Assembly: GCF_000039765.1 (NCBI RefSeq) | Contig: NC_004459.3 | Span: 60,001-92,000, forward strand | Length of the DNA: 32,000 nucleotides | Direction of reading: 5' to 3' | Origin: Vibrio vulnificus CMCP6 | GTDB taxonomy: Bacteria > Pseudomonadota > Gammaproteobacteria > Enterobacterales > Vibrionaceae | Shown here: positions 8,551 to 16,692 of the stretch, piece after piece | Position numbering within the stretch: the stretch's first letter is position 1 | Layout: each line of letters opens with the position of its first letter | Notes under the pieces: generated by a model | What the model saw: the letters and a program-made list of their open reading frames with translations, nothing else | Told to the model about the DNA's origin: nothing | The model's database searches: none | Translations under genes and position numbers: made by a program

Positions 8551-9723
8551 TTACCCCCAAATCGCCAGCTCAACAGCCGGTACCTGAACCCACTTCTCAT
8601 GGCCCTCTTTGTATATCTTGGTACTGCGAGAATCCGTGTGTGCAGCGCGTGCTTGAGCGTCGTGGCCAGCCTTATCGTACAAGTGAATACTCAGCCCTCG
8701 AATCTCGTGATACGTTGGCCGACAGTCTGCAGGCACACCTTTTTTGACCTTCACCTGGTCCCGTAACTTGGAAAAAAAGCGGCTCAGATATTTTCGGTTC
8801 ACCTGAGTGAGGTGATCACAATACTGGCTCACATCATTGCTGCGTTTTTCCGGCAGACGATGCACCACGTAAGGTGAATCAATATTGTCCTTGCTCGCTT
8901 CAATAATATTCAGCAGTGACCTTGTCACAGGGATAACAACTCGGCTTGCTTCCTTCTTTTTTACCTTACGGCGATGAATGCGCAGATACCCAAACACCTC
9001 AACACCATCTTCCAGAACTGGAGCATCGAGCATGGTGATATCCTCGTATTTCATCGCACATATCTCATTAACCGCGTGCGTTGTCTCGAGAGAGAGGTCC
9101 ATTGCAACCCTCATCCCACTGAGGAGCGATGCCCAAATCGATTTATATTCAGAGAGCGTTAAGTCGCGGCGTTGCTTCTCCTCCTTCGGCCTTACGTTTT
9201 TGCGTTTGGCCGGATTGTCGACCAATCACCGATTCATCGATGCGTAATCAAACACCTTCGACATAAACGCTATCCAGCGGTTGAAGACATTATTTGATTT
9301 ACCTGCAGCAACGGCATCGAGCACCAGGTTCACATCGTCCAAAGTGATGGACATACCCACTCTGTCACCAAGCAAGGTATCCAGCTTTTCTAAACGGCTA
9401 TCAAACATGGCCAACGTCTCTTTTGTCGGCTTTTCATCGGCCGCATATCGCGCCGATACTCGAGCAAAGAACGTAGAAAGCCGTTCAACAGACTTGCGAT
9501 GATGCGGTTTAATGAGGTCGAGATTGACCGGATGAGCGATTTCAGGGTCAACCCGATAAGTGGCGTTGTATCTTCTGGCCAGAGCGATTGCTCGGCTCTT
9601 GTCGTGGCCGAGAGATTTACAGCTGTTATCGATACGCCGAAAGACGTACCCTTTCTTACCTTTAAAATAGAGACCTTCAGGGAGGTCTCTATACTTACTA
9701 CTTCTTGGACGTGGCACGGTCAC
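8551..9723 (-). pseudogene. tyrosine integrase interrupted by one in-frame TGA (9226..9228)
   Basis: ORFs 9226..9723 and 8551..9225 are contiguous in one frame: YASMNR*LVDNPAKRK. N-terminal arm-binding domain (LPEGLYFKGKKGYVFRRID), C-terminal catalytic motifs (HEIRGLSIHLY, AAHTDSRSTKIY). Confidence 0.8.
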
Positions 9724-9734
9724 CTCAGTACATA

Positions 9735-9929
9735 TTAGTGAGAAAGCAGGTCATCCAAGAAAGGATCACCGCTCGATTTCTTCTCTTTTTCCAAATCAAC
9801 GTAATATGAACGTCCAATTCTTTTCCCTGGCAACGTGCCTAAATCGATTTCCCTACGACAGATACGCACATCTGGCGCACTGCCCTCAGTAAACCGGAGT
9901 TTTCGCCAAAGGCTGAGTTTCACCAACAT
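9735..9929 (-). CDS. excisionase (Xis-like)
   Basis: Small basic ORF immediately upstream of int; ...DVRICRREIDLGTLPGKRIGRSYYVDL resembles phage excisionases. Confidence 0.75.
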   Translation of the reverse strand: MLVKLSLWRKLRFTEGSAPDVRICRREIDLGTLPGKRIGRSYYVDLEKEKKSSGDPFLDDLLSH

Positions 9930-10064
9930 AAAAGATCCTCACCCACAGACGTTTGAAAAAACCTCTGAACCTATGGAATGAAATTTACAGACTTTTTTGA
10001 ATTCAGTAACTTGCATTCAAATTGTTTATTTCTTCGCCCTCAAGTTGCCGCAAGAGGGCTTTAA

Positions 10065-10100
10065 AAACCTATGGGATGATCACTGGATTCCCATAGGTTT
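10065..10100 (-). terminator. terminator at the end of the early (minus-strand) operon
   Basis: Perfect 12-bp inverted repeat AAACCTATGGGA - 12 nt - TCCCATAGGTTT; on the minus strand it ends in a TTTTT tract, 30 nt past the PadR-like stop. Confidence 0.7.
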
Positions 10101-10129
10101 AGTTGGAGCCATGAGCATAGTTTTGGCGC

Positions 10130-10645
10130 CTATGCCGCTTTCGAGTTAACCTCCGAGCCGATATTCTGAAGCACTACGGCCACCCAACTGAGCTCTGTTT
10201 TCAAACGATCACACTCTCGAGTAATGGCGAGAACGGACAGTTGTTCCTGTTGAGCCATTTTCTCTGCGAGCTGCTCTTGAGCACTGTCCAATGCTTGAGT
10301 AAGTTGAACTTCCAACTGCTCAAAATAGTACGCGTTAGCTAGGAACAAATGGGCCAAGGTTTCATCCTGGACACGTGAGATGGAAGGCTCAACATCCAAC
10401 GCGTCCGTCAGTTTCTGTTTACCCATTTCTGTTAGCTGATAGAGCTTCTTATCGGGCTTTCCAGATTGCAGAACCACTTCCAGAGACAAAAAACCGAATG
10501 TTTCAAGTTTAGCCAGCTCACGATAAATTTGCTGATGCGACGCTTTCCAACCTTTTGCTGGTAAACGTTTTGCTAAGTCATAACCAGTCATTTGCTGCTG
10601 GCCAACTTCAGCCATCAAGACAAGTTGCAGATTTGATATGTGCAT
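10130..10645 (-). CDS. PadR/AphA-like transcriptional regulator
   Basis: MTGYDLAKRL...WKASHQQIYRELAKLE...GKPDKKLYQLTEMGKQKL winged-helix pattern plus a helical C-terminal domain. Confidence 0.8.
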   Translation of the reverse strand: MHISNLQLVLMAEVGQQQMTGYDLAKRLPAKGWKASHQQIYRELAKLETFGFLSLEVVLQSGKPDKKLYQLTEMGKQKLTDALDVEPSISRVQDETLAHLFLANAYYFEQLEVQLTQALDSAQEQLAEKMAQQEQLSVLAITRECDRLKTELSWVAVVLQNIGSEVNSKAA

Positions 10646-10656
10646 AATATTGCCCT

Positions 10657-11277
10657 CTAATTAATGCGTTTGTTGGTTTCAAAAGTAGCGACTTCGAGTT
10701 TGGATACCAAACGTCCGGTTTCCTTCAGCTCGCTTGGTAAGTCGTTAACTCGGTTTTGGTTCATTCTCAAGTTCACAGACTGAGAGACACATTCAAGATT
10801 GGATAACTTGCAGTTCAACTTATCTCCATCAATAAAGCGCAAGATCATCCCCTTGGGGACAGGACCATGCTCTTGCTCCCAAATGACATAGTGTTTAGGG
10901 CGATAGCGAGTCTTCGCGCCGGTATACGGGTTCTGTTCCGCTACGTTGATAAGAATGTATCCATCTTTTGAACAAATACGTTCATGGCCAATAGGCTTTT
11001 TGTTGTGTGGTACCTGACCTGATTGAAAGCTTCCGGTGTTTGGTTTACACACTCCTTTGGTACCTGTATTCCATGGCAACTCACCTTTTTCAAAACAACC
11101 CGTTCGACCAGTTAACCAGCCATAACGCTTGCAGTATGCAGAGATAGCTTTCTGAGTCTGTTCAAGACCGAACCTAGAGTTGAACTGTTCAGTAAGTTCT
11201 TTCCGAGGAAGAAATGCATGGTCCTTTAAAAAAGTCTTCTGCTCTTCCGTGTATTGATGGCAGACTCCTTTAGGCAT
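10657..11277 (-). CDS. phage HNH endonuclease signature-type protein
   Basis: RYRPKHYVIWEQEHGPVPKGMILRFIDGDKLNCKLSNLECVS is typical of HNH_3-type phage proteins. Confidence 0.75.
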   Translation of the reverse strand: MPKGVCHQYTEEQKTFLKDHAFLPRKELTEQFNSRFGLEQTQKAISAYCKRYGWLTGRTGCFEKGELPWNTGTKGVCKPNTGSFQSGQVPHNKKPIGHERICSKDGYILINVAEQNPYTGAKTRYRPKHYVIWEQEHGPVPKGMILRFIDGDKLNCKLSNLECVSQSVNLRMNQNRVNDLPSELKETGRLVSKLEVATFETNKRIN

Positions 11278-11506
11278 GTCGCTTGTCCTCCATCATCGGA
11301 ACCTTATACTTTCCTGCGTACTCGGCTTTAAACTTCGCCCCTTCGAGAACAAGCTGAGCATTGTTGACGATCTGATTAGATACAGCAGTGATGGCTTTTG
11401 AACGAGCGACTTCCATCTCCAGTTCCGGACCTTTTAAGGATTCATCACCCAAACGTTCAATTTGAGCAAACAAATGGTCATTCAAATCCGTTAATTGATT
11501 CTTCAT
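11270..11506 (-). CDS. small phage protein, unknown function
   Basis: 78-aa ORF in the co-oriented early operon; no family recognised with confidence. Confidence 0.6.
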   Translation of the reverse strand: MKNQLTDLNDHLFAQIERLGDESLKGPELEMEVARSKAITAVSNQIVNNAQLVLEGAKFKAEYAGKYKVPMMEDKRHA

Positions 11507-11539
11507 GGTCTTTACCTTCTACGGTCTCTACAACTTGTA

Positions 11540-11791
11540 CTAACAATGATGATTAAGCACTCGAACAGTGACATCGAGGTGCAGAGAGGAAATGCCTAGC
11601 TTTTCAGCCAAGCGCTTACGATTGCCGGCATCGAGATTGATGGCGCTGGCCAACGTCTCGAACTTATTCTCATGGCTACTCATATCGTGCTTTTTACCGT
11701 TGATATAAGGTTGATCAAGTCCTGCCTCTTCATAGACTTCAACGATCATTTTCGCGACATGGTTTAGGGGTTTTTGCTTAGATTTAGGCAT
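11540..11791 (-). CDS. small phage protein, unknown function
   Basis: 83-aa ORF, co-oriented with and overlapping its neighbour. Confidence 0.6.
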   Translation of the reverse strand: MPKSKQKPLNHVAKMIVEVYEEAGLDQPYINGKKHDMSSHENKFETLASAINLDAGNRKRLAEKLGISSLHLDVTVRVLNHHC

Positions 11792-12038
11792 CTTTCTTTA
11801 CCTCTTGGCTGAGTTGTTCAAACTCTTCTTCGTTACAAATCAGGAAGCCACCAAAGCCAGTTTCTCTATGGAGTACTCCCTCGGCGATAATACGTCCTTC
11901 CAAAACCTCACATGCATGCTCAACAGCATCATTGAAGCTAGGAAAAGACCCAAGCTCGAGATTAATGACTTCGTTCGTTTTAGAACTTACCGAAACCGCA
12001 CCATTTTCATTTAAGTAAGCTGCAATGTAGTTATTCAA
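11784..12038 (-). CDS. small phage protein, unknown function (proposed TTG start)
   Basis: The ORF track extends to 12149, but on the minus strand GAAGGAGGACTCATTG places a strong SD 4 nt before TTG at 12038, giving MNNYIAAYLNENGAVSV... Confidence 0.6.
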   Translation of the reverse strand: MNNYIAAYLNENGAVSVSSKTNEVINLELGSFPSFNDAVEHACEVLEGRIIAEGVLHRETGFGGFLICNEEEFEQLSQEVKKDA

Positions 12039-12270
12039 TGAGTCCTCCTTCGATCCAATCAAATGAGAAAACGACATAGCCATCTTGCTGTGCGTAATCA
12101 GTGATGTACTTAATCCGGATAGTGAGATAGCGTTTTCCGTTGGTTTCAATCAGCGTCACTCGGTCACCTACTTTGAAATCACGGTCGTTCTTGCGAATTT
12201 CAAAGGTTTTGTCGCCAGCGATAATGGCTTCTAGGTGCTCGGGTTTAATCTTGAGTTGATGGTATGCCAT
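12031..12270 (-). CDS. DUF3850 / ASCH-like protein
   Basis: HQLKIKPEHLEAIIAGDKTFEIRKNDRDFKVGDRVTLIE. Confidence 0.8.
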   Translation of the reverse strand: MAYHQLKIKPEHLEAIIAGDKTFEIRKNDRDFKVGDRVTLIETNGKRYLTIRIKYITDYAQQDGYVVFSFDWIEGGLIE

Positions 12271-12273
12271 GGC

Positions 12274-12837
12274 TCATTCCTTAACCTTTTCGGCTAAGCG
12301 TTGGTAAATGGCTGAAACATACTTAGCCTGGTGAACTGCATCAGATAGGGCGTCATGGCGAACACCTTCAAAAGGCATGTCACGCTTAGGATCAAAACCA
12401 AGTAGGTTTTTTCCTAGGTCAACCATCGTTCGAACATCACGTTCATTCCAGAACTGCCAAGGTACAAACTGCTCACCTAAGCACTGGATAATCGTGTTTT
12501 TCAGAATTACACAGTCAAATGATGAGCCATTGCCCCAAACTAGCGGTTGCCTTGAACCACTGTTAACAAACTCTCGAAATTCATGCAGAGAAATATTGAT
12601 ATTTTGTGCTTCTGAACTATTCAATACCGCTCGGGCATCACTGCTTTGCTTCATCCACCAAAGCACTGTACTGGCATCAATACATCCACATTCTTGAGAG
12701 CTTTCTAGAGAAATAATACGGGAGAATTTTTCTCCGATTTCTCCGGTTGAAGGCTCGAAAAAACAAGCACCAATAGCGACGATCGCTGCATTGCTGCTAT
12801 TCCCCATTGTCTCTAAGTCAATCATTAGGTTTTTCAT
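12274..12837 (-). CDS. DnaQ/RNase T-like 3'-5' exonuclease
   Basis: MIDLETMG ExoI motif, NGSSFDCVILKN, and HDALSDAVHQAKYV ExoIII motif. Confidence 0.82.
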   Translation of the reverse strand: MKNLMIDLETMGNSSNAAIVAIGACFFEPSTGEIGEKFSRIISLESSQECGCIDASTVLWWMKQSSDARAVLNSSEAQNINISLHEFREFVNSGSRQPLVWGNGSSFDCVILKNTIIQCLGEQFVPWQFWNERDVRTMVDLGKNLLGFDPKRDMPFEGVRHDALSDAVHQAKYVSAIYQRLAEKVKE

Positions 12838-12848
12838 TAGTCATATCC

Positions 12849-15659
12849 TTACTGGTTAGTTTCTTTCTCACGAACATCGTCTGGAATGGTTGGGAACAGG
12901 CCGAACTCGCGCAGGTTCTCAACGCCCAGGGCGACAAAATTGGCAACGCGTTTGCCGTTAATCGATTTCTCGTGGCCATCTTTCAGCACCACTTTGGCCT
13001 CCTTGAGCTGCTTCTTCAGAATGCGATCGCTCTTCACAGGCAAGCTGTCAAACTTGGCTTTCAATGCAGGGCTTTGGCTTATGTGCTGCATGATGTGGCT
13101 GGTACGAACCAGCAAGCACAGCTCGCCCTCAATCCAATCGAAAGAGAACGGGTGGCGGAAATGCCCAGCATCCATCTCGCCCAGGATAAGCTCCATAATC
13201 CACACCCACGGCTCGCGCTCTGCTTCTGTTTCGCGAATGTGCGCATTCATCTCTGTCACCAAATCTTGAATAAAGTGACCATAGTTACTTGCAACGCCCG
13301 TGAATTCGCACAGCAAACGCCACGTCAGCATCAAACAGGCATAGTTATCACGCATACGGTTCGCGCCGTTGTCGTCAGGCTTAGCCATACAACGCTTCGA
13401 AAGGTAATCAACACACTCGCGATAAGCGCGTTTCATTTGTGGCCGAGTGTAAGAGGTCAGGTACAGGATCCAGTTTTTAACAGGGAAACGAGGCAACTCA
13501 TCGGGAATCATGTCGCCCTTGCGTCCGGTCAAGTCAGAACGCACCAGCTTGCCAAGCAACGATTGCACCGGCACGTCTTCACCCGCCAACAGCACTGGCG
13601 CAATACTCAAGAACTCCGTCATGTCCGTACCACGGCGAGTGATGGTGTATTGGTAGCTCTCTTGCAGCATGGCCACCGCTTTATCAATTACGCCTTGACC
13701 CTGAGCGGAGAGCTCTTCCCAACCGACCGGGTGAGAGGTGTGCGATATCGATGTCAGCAAACGGAACTCGGTTTTCAAGCTCTGGCCAGAAAACATGGTG
13801 AATGCCAACGTGCGCTCGAGCGACTTAACCAGCGTCGATTTACCCGCGCCTTTCCCTGCATTCAGCATGTAATGAGGCCAAAAGCCTAAGTAAGTTTTGA
13901 TGTGCGCACCCAAGCCCCAAACCAACAGCATCAAAGCCGCGTTGTTTTTGAATGTGGCGTGATACGCTTCAATCACACGCAATCCCTGCTCTGGAGAGCC
14001 AGATGGAAACTGCAAATTGTGGTATGGGCACTGCTGCGTTGGGTCAGTAAAGAACGAGTCCGGTCCTTCGTTTAAAATCGCTTGGCCATTGTGCCAGGCA
14101 AGCCCAACGAAATTGACCGCGTTGCGCTCGCCAAGGTGGGTGGCGCGCTCGAGTATCGAGATCATTCGGGTGAACTTGCTCGGGTTGAAAATCCCGCCGC
14201 CGACCCGACGCCAAACATCGATGTTGTAAAGCTGCTCACGTTTGAGCACAAAACGGGTTAGCTCCGTCGGTGAATCGGGCGTTTGAATCGTGGCTGAGTA
14301 TACTTTCGTCGGCTGCAAATCGGGTTCGCCTGTCATGGCTGAATTCGCCGATGAAATCGTCACTTTCGATAAGCCAGCAATGCGGAACGAGCACACATCC
14401 TGTGGGATCTTCTGCTCACCTTCTTCATTGGTCACGATTTTCAAATAACTGGTAAAGTCGGGCTTCACTCGAAACAGCCAGTACAGTGATTGATCATGAT
14501 GTGGCAGCGGCAAGCGCTTAAACTGGGAGTTCTCAAACTCCCCTTCTTGCCCTGCAATAAGCCAAGGCTCAAAGTAATCCAGCGCATACTTGGTCATTTG
14601 CGTACCGTGTTTACGTAGATAATCGTTAAGGTCGTTGATCTCGTCCCATTTGCCACCGGATTGATCAACAAGGTAACAAGGAATGTTGAGCGCCGTGCAT
14701 CGCTCGTGCACGATCCACGCGGCCTCTGGCCCTGGTCTGTGGCCTTTTCTTGGCCCTTCCGCAATAGGCTGGTCATTGTCAAAACAACAAACCACACGCT
14801 TGCCAGATAGGAATCGCCAGTCGATTTCGTCGACCGCAAGACCGCGAGTCGCAATCGCCGTCACTGGTACTTTCCCTTTCCCCTTAGGATCGTAAGCAGC
14901 AATCGCCGAGATAGCATTAATCGCAGATTCAACCACAATCACGGTTTTGGCACGCCTAAGCGCCATTTTGTCAGGGATGTACGGGAAGCCGCGTTTTTCC
15001 CCCATCGCCTTGGTTTTGTTATCACCATTTAGCGCAGGATCAAAAAATCGGAAATCTATCCCCACCACTTCATTGGTAAATAGGCATCGGCTCGGGAACG
15101 TCACGGCAGGGCCACCGTAACCCAACTCACCAGGGTTTTTGCTTGGGCTTGTCCAATCGCTGTAACCAAATGCACCGCGCTTTTGCAGCATATCCACCAC
15201 ATCGGCCGGAATGCCGCGCACATCAATCAGATAGGCTCTTGCATCACCCGCAACCGCTAACTGCTTCTCAGCAACCCACGCAATTTGGCTTTGCTGCTTA
15301 GGCTGCTGAGGGGCTAGCTCATCGGTAGGAATATTGAACTCTTCGTGCAGCCACTTCATCGCTTCACTGGCATCCATCGCCTGACCGCAATAAATCACAA
15401 GGTCGATACAACTGCCTTTTTCACCGGAAGCATGATCTTTCCACATCATGTATCCGGCTTTACCTGCCTCGAAAATGCTCACGCTTGGGTGCTTGTCAGG
15501 GCGGTTGGGTGCGCGGTAATTGCCGGATGGATCGGGTCTTTCCATACCTAAACGGTCAGCCAACTCGTGTAAATTAATGATCTGTTTTAGTTGTTCTGCG
15601 GACGCCATACAGCGTGCCTCCAATTCTGTGTAGTTCCACCCCAATCGAGACGGGGCCAA
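12849..15659 (-). CDS. phage primase-helicase-like protein (CHC2/Toprim N-terminal region, P-loop C-terminal region)
   Basis: YRAPNRPDKHPSVSIF...GYMMWKDHASGEKGSCIDLVI (CHC2-like), VVESAINAISAIA and VVCCFDNDQ (Toprim-like), GKGAGKSTLVKSLE (Walker A). Start may be at MASAEQ, 15608. Confidence 0.8.
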   Translation of the reverse strand: MAPSRLGWNYTELEARCMASAEQLKQIINLHELADRLGMERPDPSGNYRAPNRPDKHPSVSIFEAGKAGYMMWKDHASGEKGSCIDLVIYCGQAMDASEAMKWLHEEFNIPTDELAPQQPKQQSQIAWVAEKQLAVAGDARAYLIDVRGIPADVVDMLQKRGAFGYSDWTSPSKNPGELGYGGPAVTFPSRCLFTNEVVGIDFRFFDPALNGDNKTKAMGEKRGFPYIPDKMALRRAKTVIVVESAINAISAIAAYDPKGKGKVPVTAIATRGLAVDEIDWRFLSGKRVVCCFDNDQPIAEGPRKGHRPGPEAAWIVHERCTALNIPCYLVDQSGGKWDEINDLNDYLRKHGTQMTKYALDYFEPWLIAGQEGEFENSQFKRLPLPHHDQSLYWLFRVKPDFTSYLKIVTNEEGEQKIPQDVCSFRIAGLSKVTISSANSAMTGEPDLQPTKVYSATIQTPDSPTELTRFVLKREQLYNIDVWRRVGGGIFNPSKFTRMISILERATHLGERNAVNFVGLAWHNGQAILNEGPDSFFTDPTQQCPYHNLQFPSGSPEQGLRVIEAYHATFKNNAALMLLVWGLGAHIKTYLGFWPHYMLNAGKGAGKSTLVKSLERTLAFTMFSGQSLKTEFRLLTSISHTSHPVGWEELSAQGQGVIDKAVAMLQESYQYTITRRGTDMTEFLSIAPVLLAGEDVPVQSLLGKLVRSDLTGRKGDMIPDELPRFPVKNWILYLTSYTRPQMKRAYRECVDYLSKRCMAKPDDNGANRMRDNYACLMLTWRLLCEFTGVASNYGHFIQDLVTEMNAHIRETEAEREPWVWIMELILGEMDAGHFRHPFSFDWIEGELCLLVRTSHIMQHISQSPALKAKFDSLPVKSDRILKKQLKEAKVVLKDGHEKSINGKRVANFVALGVENLREFGLFPTIPDDVREKETNQ

Positions 15660-15801
15660 AAAGACGTTCTAAGTTCTGTTTTACCTGCTGAAACTCTTGA
15701 GATTTCAGCAGGTCAGCCATCGGTGCGTAGTCGTGCTGTATGCGTTGCCAAACCTGTTTTTTCTTGTCTGCTGGCAGCTCGCTTAAAATAACGGTCGGCA
15801 T
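15574..15801 (-). CDS. small phage protein, unknown function
   Basis: C-terminal part of listed ORF 15574..15879; start likely MPTVILSELPADKK. Confidence 0.5.
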   Translation of the reverse strand: MPTVILSELPADKKKQVWQRIQHDYAPMADLLKSQEFQQVKQNLERLFGPVSIGVELHRIGGTLYGVRRTTKTDH

Positions 15802-15862
15802 TGCCGTACGGGTTAAAACAGGCTCGGAAAACCAAAGCGGACATTGCCAACCCTTATAGGGC

Positions 15863-16162
15863 TTACAGGTCGCAGGCATACAACCGCCTTAAACAAGCAG
15901 ATGCCAACCAAAGCTCAACGCTCAAATGGCAACTGTGCGTCAGCTGCTGCTGTTCAACCTGCTCTTTGGGGAGATTGTCCAGCTCTTTGCTGTCGAGTTT
16001 GATGTGTCCAGCCTCAAGCCACTGGTTGAACACAGCATCTTGCTCATCAATAAACGCATGACGGTTGATAAAGCCCTGCTGGCGCACCATTTGTTGCTCC
16101 AAGCGGAACAAGCAGGCACGCTCCGGTGCAGAAAGCTTGGTGGCCAAAACAGGGTTAGGCAT
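15863..16162 (-). CDS. small phage protein, unknown function
   Basis: Co-oriented ORF overlapping its upstream neighbour. Confidence 0.55.
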   Translation of the reverse strand: MPNPVLATKLSAPERACLFRLEQQMVRQQGFINRHAFIDEQDAVFNQWLEAGHIKLDSKELDNLPKEQVEQQQLTHSCHLSVELWLASACLRRLYACDL

Positions 16163-16466
16163 AAAGATCTTCCTCGTAGGCTTTGGCTAAACGCTCTGAG
16201 GGAAGCAGCTGATGGCGCGCCCAAACCGAGTTCTCATTCAGCACAGCTAGCAACCCTGCCACGTGCCTCTCTGGAACGCCTTCGCTAATCAACCACAAAC
16301 GAACATCAATCGGTTCAACCGCCAAACGGTCGGCCACATATTCGTTCAGCTGTTTGGTCGAAGCCTTACCTTTAAACACATGAAGGTTGATGTTGCGTAG
16401 CGCAGCGGCCATCGCACTGCGGCGCATAATTTTGACTCGTTCACGTAATTCTGATGCTGAATCCAT
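16155..16466 (-). CDS. small phage protein, unknown function
   Basis: Co-oriented ORF overlapping its downstream neighbour. Confidence 0.6.
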   Translation of the reverse strand: MDSASELRERVKIMRRSAMAAALRNINLHVFKGKASTKQLNEYVADRLAVEPIDVRLWLISEGVPERHVAGLLAVLNENSVWARHQLLPSERLAKAYEEDLYA

Positions 16467-16476
16467 GCTGTTTCTC

Positions 16477-16692
16477 CTAGTAGAACTGCGTTTGAAAAAT
16501 AGAAACTCTGCGGTCTTTACTCACCAACATCGGCGCCTCGCCAACCAATTTCACAATCACGTTGGCGCCATTGTCCTTACACCACTCGACAATCGACGCG
16601 TTATGACGATTCCCCTCAAAACTGACCACATGGCCACGGCAAATGTGCTCGGCCGAGATATGCTGCAGACGCGGCTGAGTTAGCGAAAACAT
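16477..16692 (-). CDS. small phage protein, unknown function
   Basis: Co-oriented ORF overlapping the start of the recombinase gene's 3' end. Confidence 0.55.
   Translation of the reverse strand: MFSLTQPRLQHISAEHICRGHVVSFEGNRHNASIVEWCKDNGANVIVKLVGEAPMLVSKDRRVSIFQTQFY

Noticed and set aside
9226-9723. Treating 9226..9723 and 8551..9225 as two separate functional genes
   Set aside because: They are in the same frame with nothing between them except the stop codon. The first contains only N-terminal domains and the second only the catalytic part, so one interrupted gene is simpler.
10036-10064. Second hairpin GCCCTC...GAGGGC followed by TTT, next to the PadR terminator
   Set aside because: The stem is plausible but the T-tract is only 3 nt before A-rich sequence, so it was not called as an independent terminator.
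12807-13889. 360-aa + strand ORF and other long + strand ORFs (e.g. 13999..14895) opposite the primase gene
   Set aside because: Mirror-strand shadow of the 936-aa primase-helicase CDS. Composition is non-protein-like (many Arg/His/Gln) and the primase domains are clear on the minus strand.
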